Source: Mytilus edulis
Lineage: Eukaryota
Assembly (NCBI RefSeq): GCF_963676685.1
Contig: NC_092352.1
Location: 25,234,001-25,298,000 of the forward strand
Direction: 5' to 3'
Length of the DNA stretch: 64,000 bases
Shown here: piece after piece, positions 11,887-23,100 of the stretch
Position numbering within the stretch: the stretch's first letter is position 1
Layout of the letters: the number at the start of each line of letters is the position of its first letter
Made by a program: the position numbers and the translations under genes
The notes under the pieces: generated by a model
What the model saw: only the letters and a program-made list of their open reading frames with translations
Databases searched by the model: none
Told to the model about the DNA's origin: nothing

Positions 11887-11930
11887 GCGTCACTGATGAG
11901 GGTTATGTAGACGAAACGCGCGTCTGGCGT
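11887..11930 (+). ncRNA. Type I hammerhead ribozyme, second copy with disrupted stem II
   Basis: CTGATGA-gggttatgtagac-GAAAC-gcgc-GTC: gtc>ggg removes two stem II pairs. Cleavage position 11924/11925. Confidence 0.75.
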
Positions 11931-14900
11931 ATTAAATTATAATCCTGGTACCTTTGATAACTAAATATAGCCCTTTTTGGGGACATTTTTACCTATTATT
12001 TCTGGTTGTTGTGTTCAGACATCGTTGTCAATATAATGGAATTTGATGCGACTGTCATACAAGTGAGAGCTTTAGCTAGCTATAAAACCAGGTTTAATCC
12101 ACCGTTTTCTACATTAGAAAAGGCCTGTACCAAGTCAAGAATATGACATTTTTTTTCTATTGGTTTGACCTTTTGGTTTTGCCATTTGTTTAGGGACTTT
12201 TCTTTTTGAATTTTCCTCGGAGTTCAGTATTTATGTGAATGTTATTCTCTTTTCATACTGTTATGATAATTTTTTTTTCGTTTCTATATATGTTGACGTT
12301 TGTTTTTGCTGTAGTTCAGTCTTTCTGGTGATCCGTTGTTTTGTTCTTATAGTTGATGTGGTTCCCTCGTTGTTTGTTTTTTTTTCTTTTTTGTATGTGA
12401 CCCGGATTTGTTAAATCGCCTAATCGATTTATGTATATTGAACCGCGGTATACTACTGTTGCTTTAATTTAATAGTACAATGTATTTATAAAATAAATTC
12501 TGAATTCGACATAAAACTGCATTTTCCACATTGTATTGTTTTAAACTGTATATGCCACTAATAAAAGCAAGAAAGATTTTTTTTATAATACTTCCATCAT
12601 CCAAATGGCAATCAGTCGTGTTCTCATGAAGAAAAGATAAACAAATCCACTGTTTCTTTTTTTTTTCGATGTTGATCATAGTCCTTAAATAGAAAATCAA
12701 AAATAAAATATTAGATACGTTGTTAACCATGAAAAATAAATCAAGAAAGGATGGAAACATAATATTTTTACTTATAAATTTTAGTACACTACGCATAAAA
12801 AAAATAATGAATCTTCATAAAAAGGGGCTAATTACAAATAGTGTACTTATTGGAACTATGTTTTCCTCAATATGATAATGTAGGCAAATATGACAATCTT
12901 GTTTTCTAAACGTTTCAGATTGCCAAATGATATCATTCATATCAATAAGATTTAAGCCTTTTACGATTTTTATTTTAAAACCTCCAAATAATGCAATTCC
13001 AGAAGTGTATCTAACCAAATGACGACCTTAACTGAGGGAAATAACCCTTTTTAGTATAAAATGCAACATTTATAGTGAGCATAATTCTGAAATTAAAGTT
13101 TTGAAGTTTCCAACACAAAACGAAAAAAAATGTTCAACTGCTGTACAAAAATAATACATTAACGTGTATATCAATTAGATTTCATTCCCATATCGTGACA
13201 TTCAACATTGTATGTTTACTTACATGTTAGAGCGACAGCCAGTCCAATACCTAGTGGGACTCCAATAATAACTAATGTCTGTAAGTATTAAAGTTAAGGA
13301 TAATGTGACATCAGTTCTTTTTACATTGTATACATTTTATTCCATAAAACTATATATTTGTTTTGCTGCACTGTAATGCTGATGTTATGGTTTATTAAAA
13401 TAATGATTATTGTCAATCAGACAACTATATTCTTCAAAAGATCAGAAGTCAAAGGATCTTCAACAACTATAAGATTTGAAACAGCCTTCAAAAATTATTA
13501 AAGGCATACTGTATAGTAAGTTATACATACATTGTTATAAACTTTCTCTGAAGATATTATAACTGTTTTTCAATAAATCTAAAAAGAAGAAAATGGTACT
13601 ATCGCCAACTTATCTGAGATGGAGAAACATTCAAATGTCACTGTTTTTTCTTCAACGATAAGGCAAGAACTATAATGCTACAAGCTATGAATGGACCATC
13701 GAATACAAAATTAGACCGTTAAAAAAATATAATAGCCTTATTTGGGTCAATCTAATCAAACAAACAAAAAGTATACCATGGAGATAACAACCACTGAATA
13801 GACTCTTCAATTGAAAGTCAAATAAAATAGCATAAAACTATGAGATGCAAACAGCTCCTCCTACTTTAAGGGTTCTTCAGAGAAAATGGTTAATTGATGT
13901 GTGTCATGACCTAAATTGACACGTGTCTCAATCGGAAATAATATTGATTGTGATTCTTTACATTTGGAAAATCATACAAATTCTATAATTAAGAAAACTG
14001 AAGAGGGTGAAAGAATAGATGAGTAGGATGTCCGGAGACTGTATAAATTCATTTTTTTTTTCAATTTTGGAGAAATCTTTCTTCAACTTGACTTTCAAAA
14101 TCTGTCCATGTAATATATTGATCATTTAGAGTTATTTTAAGCTTTTAGATGTCCTCTGAGTGTGACAATCTAAACAAAGTAATCACTATATTTGATAATT
14201 AAATCGTCTGCTGAAGGTTAAACACTTGACCTTTATAACTATTTATATTTATTTTATGGGTCTTCTGCATATTTAACTTAATTGCTATTGTATGCTTTAA
14301 GAAATAAACCAGGTCTTATGCCTTTTATACGAGTTTCTGTTTCAGCGAATAAGATTTACGGATATTAGTTTTGTCTGAGTAGAATAGAAAGCTTTGATGT
14401 ACAAATGCAAAAGCCATAAAGGATACAGCCAGTATATAGGCTACTATTCTACATTTGAGAAAGCGGTGTCTCCATTTCTAAAATAAAAATAAAATGATGC
14501 CTTTAAACCATGAAAAGCATTAAAAATCGATATAGTATACAAACTTAAATCGGCAAAAGTATGTGCACACCCTAAAACCAACTTTATATTAATTTCGTTA
14601 GATTCTGTAAATAACGTTAGAATAGCTTCTGGTTAAATTAAGTTGCCATTTTAAGGCTGCAGACTATGTTTTCAAAATGGAAATATGAATGATTTTTTTT
14701 TTTAACTCAGCACTGTAGATTCTTCATTTTCAGGTAAAGCCGTTAAGGCCGCTCATTATTGTGTATATGTGACATAACATCAACAGTTTTGTGCACTTAA
14801 TTTTATTCAATTCAATGCATAATATTAAAATTTGAAGAAAGAGTTCTCAATTGTCCATTGTCAGTTGTATTCACACCCAAATGAGTTCTGACACGAAATA

Positions 14901-14948
14901 TTTCCTTTGGTGACTATGTATTGAGTGCATTTGAGTGGTCTGTTTGTT

Positions 14949-15674
14949 TTACGACTGGTAACGACCAGTATTTTCAATAGAATCTGATGCATTTTTATTT
15001 AATGAAGTAATAAGTGCTGAATAGTTTGGATAATAAATCATTAAATATTTATTATTGGCATGTAGTTTTAATCTAAGAAATACCACTTGGCATGTTTCAG
15101 GTTGCTCATATTCCGGTATATCTTCTACTGGCATTGTTCTCACTTCTTCAATCTGTTTTTTAGTAACACCAAGTTTTCGAAGGTATTCTGACGCATTTTT
15201 CCATTTAGTTTCAAATGCTTCGTTGCTTATCTTTTTAGGTCTCATAAATTCACAGAGTCTACATTCTCGATGAAGACCTCGTATACTGGGCATAACGTCT
15301 GAATTACCGGCAACGAAAGTCACCATCAATAAAGAAAGTATGTAAAAGTCTAAATGAGATGCACGAACATGGTTCGTTATAACATTACACACGCACGTCA
15401 CTTTGTTACAATGTGGATTTTTTGTGTCGTCGTACAAGATAAGCCATTGACTTCTCACAAGCGGAAGCTTCTCTGGACTCTTGCAGTTGATGGCGTTTGG
15501 ACAACAAGCACCCGGTAGTCTGTATAAGTGAAGAACCCGATGTTTGTGACGATCAAGTAAAACCGAAAACGATAACATATTTTCTTTTAGATATTCGTCT
15601 AATATTTTCAGCAAGGCTGGCTTTCCACATAACTGAAACAATTTCAGCATCCGTTTGTAGTGGGCATGTTCCAT
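14949..15674 (-). CDS. Paralogue 3: Cys/His-rich DZIP3-HEPN-like protein, catalytic motif absent
   Basis: Intact 241-aa ORF that aligns with paralogue 2 over about 190 aa (HYKRMLKL, LLDRHKHRVLHLYR..CC..C, QW, CNKVTCVC, LDFYILSLL, ISNEAFETKWKNASEYLRKLG). The last ~45 aa may be intron read-through. Acceptor at about 15699; candidate upstream donor TG|gtgagt at about 16595. Confidence 0.75.
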   Translation of the reverse strand: MEHAHYKRMLKLFQLCGKPALLKILDEYLKENMLSFSVLLDRHKHRVLHLYRLPGACCPNAINCKSPEKLPLVRSQWLILYDDTKNPHCNKVTCVCNVITNHVRASHLDFYILSLLMVTFVAGNSDVMPSIRGLHRECRLCEFMRPKKISNEAFETKWKNASEYLRKLGVTKKQIEEVRTMPVEDIPEYEQPETCQVVFLRLKLHANNKYLMIYYPNYSALITSLNKNASDSIENTGRYQS

Positions 15675-15812
15675 ATTTTACAAAAAAAAATCCTCATTCT
15701 ATAAAAAAAAAAAATCAAAACCAATATGTGTTACAGCATAACAATATGAATGGCGTTGCATAGAAGATGAATTTGAAATATCTGAAGTTACAGATTCGTT
15801 GAATGAATAGGA

Positions 15813-15950
15813 CAGGGTCCATCTGAAGCCTGCCTCCAGGTGTGGGATTTTCTCGCTATGTTGAAGTCCCATTTGTGGCCTTCTGTTGTGTTCTGCTCTT
15901 TGGTCGGGTTGTTGTCTCTTTGACACATTCCTCATTTCCATTCGAATTTT
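15813..15950 (+). repeat. 3' fragment of the repeat family seen at 30893-31565
   Basis: Matches 31427-31565 (gcctcc.ggtg.ggga..tctcgcta..ttgaag..., ggtcgggttgttgtctctttg.cacattcc.catttccatt). Inverted fragments lie near 9000-9045 and 18075-18140. Confidence 0.8.
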
Positions 15951-17140
15951 TTGGCTTCGATGAATTTGTCCAAACGACATTCACTTCCAAACGTTTATTT
16001 GAAACGTTTCATATTTACCTCCTGAAAATTGCAGGCAAATCGGCATATCAAAATTTACAATTATATGTTTGGAATGTTCTTCTACCGAAAATATCAAATC
16101 ATTTCAAATGTATGCACAATGGACTGTTAATTGGAGCTGTGTGTCTAACGTGTGGAATGTTGTACTTTTTAGTTACACACATTTTTATCATATATTTAAC
16201 ATCTTATGTAAAACGGACAATTGGTTACCGAACTAGTGGACTGTCGGACTTTTGAATTGTGAATTGTCGTCTAATGGCCTGTTGGACCAACTAGTGTCTT
16301 ACAACTAGAATGTTGGACTTTTGACCCATCGGACCTTCCAAGTAATAAATAAAATATTTTCTCTGATATATTTTACTTGTGATTGTATAAACTAGCAAAT
16401 ATAAAATGAATACAAAACAAATCACACTAACAGTACGAATACGTGTATTTCTATATTTTTCAAACATTCCTGTCTTAACTTAGAATCTTTTCAGGAAAAT
16501 TGGAATACGTAAAGTTGTTTCAGATCAAACTGGATGGATGCATCGAGCTAAAGAAAAGATGGATGAAATATTTTATATGATAGCTGTTTACTCACCAAGT
16601 CACATTTACGTGTTTCTGTATGCCATAGTGTGTTTATGTATGCCAATGTATTTAATTTCATTTAAACGTATGATCATATTAGTAGGTGACACATACATTG
16701 TTTAAGCCCTAATGCTTGACTAGCCAAACAAAAGTGTTTTTGTTTTTTATTAAACAATAGGTGGTGAAAACCGATATAAGTTCATTGTATTTGGTTGTTG
16801 ATGATGAAATTAAATTGTTTTTAACTTCCCTAAATACAAATCATTTTATGACAGTCAAGATGGAAATAAAATGTATCTTCTTTTTATATTCAAAATGGTT
16901 ATAAATAATACATCAAAAGTGCATTTTCATGTTATATTGCTATTTCAGAATTATATTTTATTTACTGGTATTAAACATAGAACAGAACCCTTGACTTATT
17001 TGTATACAAAATCAAAAACACCATTAGGAGGCTCAGAATTTGTCTTTAAAACCCTTTATGGTCCTAGGTTATATCTGGCCGTTGTTGATGATGCTAAATT
17101 TATTTGTTGGTACTTATATTTATCACAAAATTCCCGATAG

Positions 17141-17149
17141 AAAATGGCG
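17141..17149 (+). promoter_or_regulatory. YY1-like AAAATGGCG motif overlapping the start codon of the coiled-coil gene
   Basis: aaaATGgcgtctg|gtttgt. This motif is typical of the TSS or start region of housekeeping-type animal genes. Confidence 0.5.
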
Positions 17150-20100
17150 TCTGGTTTGTTATTCTTTTTTAGAAACATAGTGTTACCCCTATTTATCTAT
17201 ATATACAACTTATTATGAGATTCTATGCGGTTAAGGATACGCATATGGTTTATATGACTTGTATGCATCAAATGCCATTAAGATTTAATGTGTTTTATGA
17301 ATGCAAATGATTGAAAACCACCAACTTACTTGCGGCTTTTGCCGAAAAATACTGTTCCCATGCTTAAATCTAAATTATACACAGTCCCTTCACACGCTTA
17401 ATTTAAGCAATTATTTCAGCTGAACTTAGATACAAACTAGAATCATTCACAATTCACATATTCTTTGTGCATTCACTTGACTAAGGGTTCCTGTGTTTAT
17501 ATTTGTTAATTTGGGAGTTATTATTTATTTTTTTAGGCTCTTTTCCCAAGCACAAACTTTATTTTCATGTTATTGTTAGTATGTCTATGACACATACTTT
17601 AATAGAAGTTAATACACATGAAATTTGTTAACCATGAAATAGATTTCAGTGTACCTTTTAATACAGTTTGTAAAAATACACTCAAAATAAAATGCATCTG
17701 CAAGTTTTTTAATACAAAAATGTCAATATTATGAATATACTGTAAAACTATTAAGGGGTTCTTAATTTTGTCAATAATGAGGATCTGTATAAAATTTACA
17801 AAATAATGGCAGAAAAATAATAAATAAAGAAAAATTTAAAATGTCATGAGAATTGATAAATTAACGTAAAATTTTCTAAAGAAAAATGCCCTAAAAATTT
17901 AAAGGATGCAAAATTTTAGGACCCCCTTTCTAGACCCTTATAAATAATTTTAGAGTTATTGTTCTTTTCCTGAACTTTTCTTGAAATTTTTTTCAGAAAA
18001 TCAGCTAACCATGTTTTTGTTAATTGGTTAGTAGAATTTACAATACCCATATTATTTTAAGTGTTAAGTGAAAAGAGAATGGAAAAGAGGAATGTGTAAG
18101 GCCACCAGTATGTCTTTAATGTAGTGAGAAATTTCTGCACTTGGATGCAATAAATTAACAATAAAGGATTTTTACCTAAAAGATGAACCTACAAACCGCT
18201 GAACCTGCACTTCACTGGTAGGCAATGAAAGCTACAGTCCTCTACGTTAAATGCTAAATAGAGAGATCGTATGAAAAATGAACCCCAATATGTAGCAAAT
18301 ATTCCCCCCATGAACTCTTTGGTTTCCATTCCAGCTTATTTATTATAAAATTCAAAGAGAACCCCTTAAGTTCTAAACTGGGACCAATTCAGGATGTTCC
18401 TTTCAATGGTACATACAAAGAAGACCCAATCTAATCTCTGTGGGAACACAGAAGAATATAATCCCAAATATAAGCTAGCATACAAGGTGGGGACATGTTC
18501 CATTTTCATCTTGCCATATCCCGCCGGCTATAAATTTATACAGATATCATACATCCAGTCTGACGGGAAAAACTTATACAATGGTCATTTATTTACTGGT
18601 GTACATGTACAATGTAGGTAAATTATTTTGGAGGAAAAGTTCCATTTTTAGACATTCTAACAGCTAATTTTTTTATTTCCTTCTTTTCTTGAATTTCTCC
18701 TGACTACACATTTGTACATTGCTCTACTGGAGTGTTTAATTGTATGTCATCAAAAGCTGTCTTTACTATGCATCATTTCATGGAAAAATAACTGCTGGTT
18801 TACAAGCCTATAGGTAGCAATTTTTGGAAGCCTTACTTTTATACCTCTTTGCTGAATAGACTTCTTTGTAAATTGTTTGGTTCTAAAGGTAAAAGATTGG
18901 ACTCTTTTTGAAAATTTATTAGAAAACCAGATGATTAAGGGGAGGTAATTCAAACTTTATATATAAAATAAAAATCTTGCAAATATACTTAAACAAGTAA
19001 ATATAACTTGCATCTTCAAATAAATAGAAATGACTTGCAAAAGTATTACCCCTATATATAGCTAACTGAGATCATTTAAGTAAATAAATACTTAACAAAA
19101 ATTTGAAATATACAACTACATTGTTGTACTGTAGTATTTGTGTTCCAAAACGGGTACAACATTGAGTTCAGGAGTTATGTATACATATATATACATTTGT
19201 ATATTAAATAAGGGGATGTGGTATGATTGTCAATGTAACAAGTTTCCATCAGAGTCCATAAAATGTGGATATACATGTAAGTAACCTTATCTTGAACTCA
19301 CTATACAGCCTTCAACCATGAGCAAAACCAATATCATATAGCTTTTATATAGTTTATAACAATTCGTTTTATGAAAAACAAATACCACAGATCTATAGAA
19401 ATAAATGCAACCTAACTTTGAACACACACAAAGAAGAATGGGGAGGGTTATATAAATGTATGTTTGTAACTGCTCATCCCTTTCCTTAACCTTGGGCAGT
19501 GATGTAACAGCACAACATGTACATTAGAACAAATTTTCAATTAGTTGCAAATGGCTTTACTTAATAGATCATTACAAAGCACAGAAAACAATAGACATGA
19601 AGCACCATTAAAAGAGTACTCCTTGACTGAAAGCTAGTTCAAAGCTTCTTACAACTGATATTAAATGTATCATCTCCTCCCAGACCAAAGTTTCAATTAG
19701 TACACATTCAGCAGTATGAGCAGATTCTGTGTCTAAAGACATCATAAACAGAAACAAATAAACTTGTAAAATGAAATATAAGTAAATAGTACAATAGTAT
19801 ATAGGATCATGAGTACTCATAGCTGTAAAGACATGCTCAATTTTTATATAGATACACGTAATAAGATCTAGACGGTTGGTTGTCTGTTTGAAATGTTTTA
19901 TATATACTAGTTTGGGAACTTTTATAGCTTGCTGTTTGACTTGAGCCAAGTCCCTGTTTTTAAGGCTGTACTTTGACCTATAAAGGTTAGCTTTTTACGT
20001 ATTGTGACTTAGATGGAGAGTTGTCTCATTGGCACTCATACCACATCTTTTATCCTCATTTGTTGTATGTCTAGTTAATCATATTTTGACTTATTAAAAA

Positions 20101-23100
20101 TGAAATCCATGTAATTATAAGTACCCATAAAAATAATAATCATTATGGAAAAAAAGATGAATAAAAATTAAGGTGCTCTGACATGACTGAATGATTTTCT
20201 GTGGTTGTAATGTTATTGTCAGAAATTTGCTTATTCAATTTATTTATTTATATTGACAGAAATTGAACAAGATACAAGTAACAGGACAAAAGAGAAAGCA
20301 GTAAAGACCATTGAGTTGATAAAGTCATTTACTGGTTTGTTTGCTTTATATTAATGATTTATTTATTACAAGTTCTGTAAGATTGTTCAAATTGATAAAA
20401 AAAAAATATTATCAGTAAATTCTGCCTGTTGATATGCATTCATCCAATATTTATAGTTGCATGTTCATATTAAATATAAATTTTGTAAATTATCTCCCTT
20501 GTTAGGCATTTATGGTGGAGCAGTTGAAGTAGTGTAATAATGTTATATATTTTAAAAACTTGCATATTACTGCATCCAAAATATAAATGGATGCATATGC
20601 ATTTTTGTATGAAATAAAAGTTGTATATAGTGTTGCTAGAGTAAAACTGATTCAAAGACAATGAAAGACAATTGGTTAGATGTTTTAAATGTTGTTTATG
20701 ACTTTAAAGGAAATGCTTTGGTTTAAACATATTATTTTTTTGTCATCTTTATCAAACTAAAATACATTAATGTAAAGCTACAATGTAAGATTGTAAGATA
20801 TATATTCAGTTTCAAGTCTTTTTCTAGGTGAACTGCCTAAAGATTTCAGACTGATTGCTGATATACAAGAATTGATAGAAAACACCATTCATCAGAGATC
20901 ACTAAGCACAAGGGGTGATGAATGTCATCTAACCACCATAGCAACAGATGATGGATCACTGTTTGAGAAATTATCTGGTATTTGAATTTTATTTAATTTA
21001 TTCTTTGATTCTCACCAAAACAATGTTCTTCTTGATTTATCTTCAAAAGTTTTGATAAAATTATTAAACGTAATTGTTATACACACCTACTGATTTACAT
21101 TGTATTTCTAACAAAAACTTAATGTCATGCACTGAAAGAAATGGTCAACTTTAATATTTGTGATGTGAATAAAAGAGGATGTAAAAATTTACTTCCACAT
21201 TTGTATCTTTTTTACGACAAGGGGGATTCTATAATAGTCTTGTTGAACTGAGATTTCAAATGAGTCAAAAGTTAATATGCATTGAACGAATTGGGATTCA
21301 CTATGACTTATCAATACTTCAACTTAAACAAAATTTGTTTCCACTACAAGGTTCAGCTACAATTCAGGAAGTCTTTTCACACAATTTTTGCCAGTTTTTG
21401 AGAACTTCCCAAAAATACCAATCAACAATTATACATAGAAATTTCAACTGGATTATAAATTACAAATGAATCCATTTCTAAGAAACACAGGTACACAGAA
21501 TAGCTTCTTCTGATGACTATTAAGTGAAAGTAAATCATCATAAGCTTTAACATGTTTAATAAATTCTGAAAATAATTGTTTTATATTTCTAATATATTTT
21601 TGAAAACAATGTAACAACAATATAGAGCATAATATTGAAATTATCTCCCCTAGAATGACTTGGAAGGATATAGGTTTCTTTTCAATATTGATTTTAATTT
21701 TTTCTTTATTTGCAGATTGGTCAACATTACCATCCGTAGAAAAAAATAACCACAAAAACTTTCTAGAGGAGAATTATTCACCTGAAGACTTGCAGTTGGC
21801 TTATGATGAATACTTTGCAAGACATGGTAACATTTTCATATTATTTTCATTTCAATCTTTGGTTATCTCTGAAATGACAGTTGTGTCATACACTCTTTGT
21901 TATTTAAAAAAAATCTTTATTTGGTTTCCATTCTTTATATGTAAGTTTAACTTACTAATTTGCTTCTCAGACATAGTTTTCATGAAGAAAAAAAATTCTA
22001 TATTTGGTTCAGTTGCTTTTATTGACATTCAGTCGGACAATTTATTTAATGATGTGCAGGTATCAATCAAGTCTAAAATTTAATGCAGGAGGTATAATAA
22101 AAACCATTATCTGGCCTTAAAATGCAAAAAAATAGTCAAATTTTGGAAATTGGTTAGAAATATATTCTAATAACTATGATCTCAAAATAAGGCTATGTAG
22201 ACAGTTTTAGAGTTTAGCATCAAAAGCAAGATAAGAAGTGTTAACCTTTGATGCAAATAGGTTTAAGGCGGTTAGACATGATTTAAAAAATTTAAATACT
22301 GATATCTGATAAAATTAAGAGTCTTTGGAAAATCTGAAGGCTACAACTGATAAATACAATAGCAAATCCAAGGTGAAAACCTGGCCTTATATCATACCTT
22401 CTACTTGATTTCATCATGTGACAATCAACTATTGTTAAAGTAATTGTATGATATTTTTAGTGAAAAGCATGCTGGACCCATTTGGATATTTTACATAATT
22501 CATTTTAATTGAGTTTCAGCAATACAATGAAACTTACGCACATGTGTACTTCATATATGTTTTCAAGTTAAATCATTTTTTTCGTACTCGATTTTTGTGA
22601 ACCTGGTTAGTTAAAATATTTGTGGATAATGGGTAAGCTCACAACAATTTCAATAAAAAAGAGCTTTTTATATAGGACACTGAGAACTAAGTTATTTTAT
22701 TTCATACTGAGATTTGTATGTATTTCAAATTGAATATTTGAATGGTATTATGATAGGTTATAGTTGATTTCATGCATCATTTGTGTCTATATGTTTAACT
22801 AATTAGATCTAATCTTTATTTTAGGAAGAATACCTGCTTTACGAGACTTCAGAGTTTTCATTCTACAGTGGCAAGGTAGGCCAAGGAAGAATTGTCTAGG
22901 TACTTTTTGTCTATTGAGTTATCTCCCATGTTTTATCAACTAAAAGCCTTATTTTCCAAAATATGGCACAGATATGAAAACAATCTTTCAAAGTTTGTAA
23001 CATGGCATGGTAACAATTTAGTAATGTTCAGAAAATAAAGGTTTCACCATTTATAGCAAACAAAAGCATGATCTTAACTATAGAAAATAAACATAAAACT

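Larger units (their letters stand above)
11221..11962 (+). mobile_element. Non-LTR retrozyme: 2 tandem 352-bp monomers plus ~38 bp, each monomer ending in a type I hammerhead ribozyme
   Basis: Direct repeat with period 352 (CTGATGA at 11541 and 11893). Hammerhead cores are present. Size and organisation match metazoan non-LTR retrozymes, which are known from Mytilus. Confidence 0.9.
11085..12245 (+). repeat. Interspersed repeat hosting the retrozyme insertion
   Basis: Repeat-like flanks 11085-11212 and 11965-12245. The right part carries the shared gtttaa.cc.cc...cctgt.ccaagtca.ga module, and its end matches 4087-4182 in inverted orientation. That the two flanks were once contiguous is inferred. 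Confidence 0.5.
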
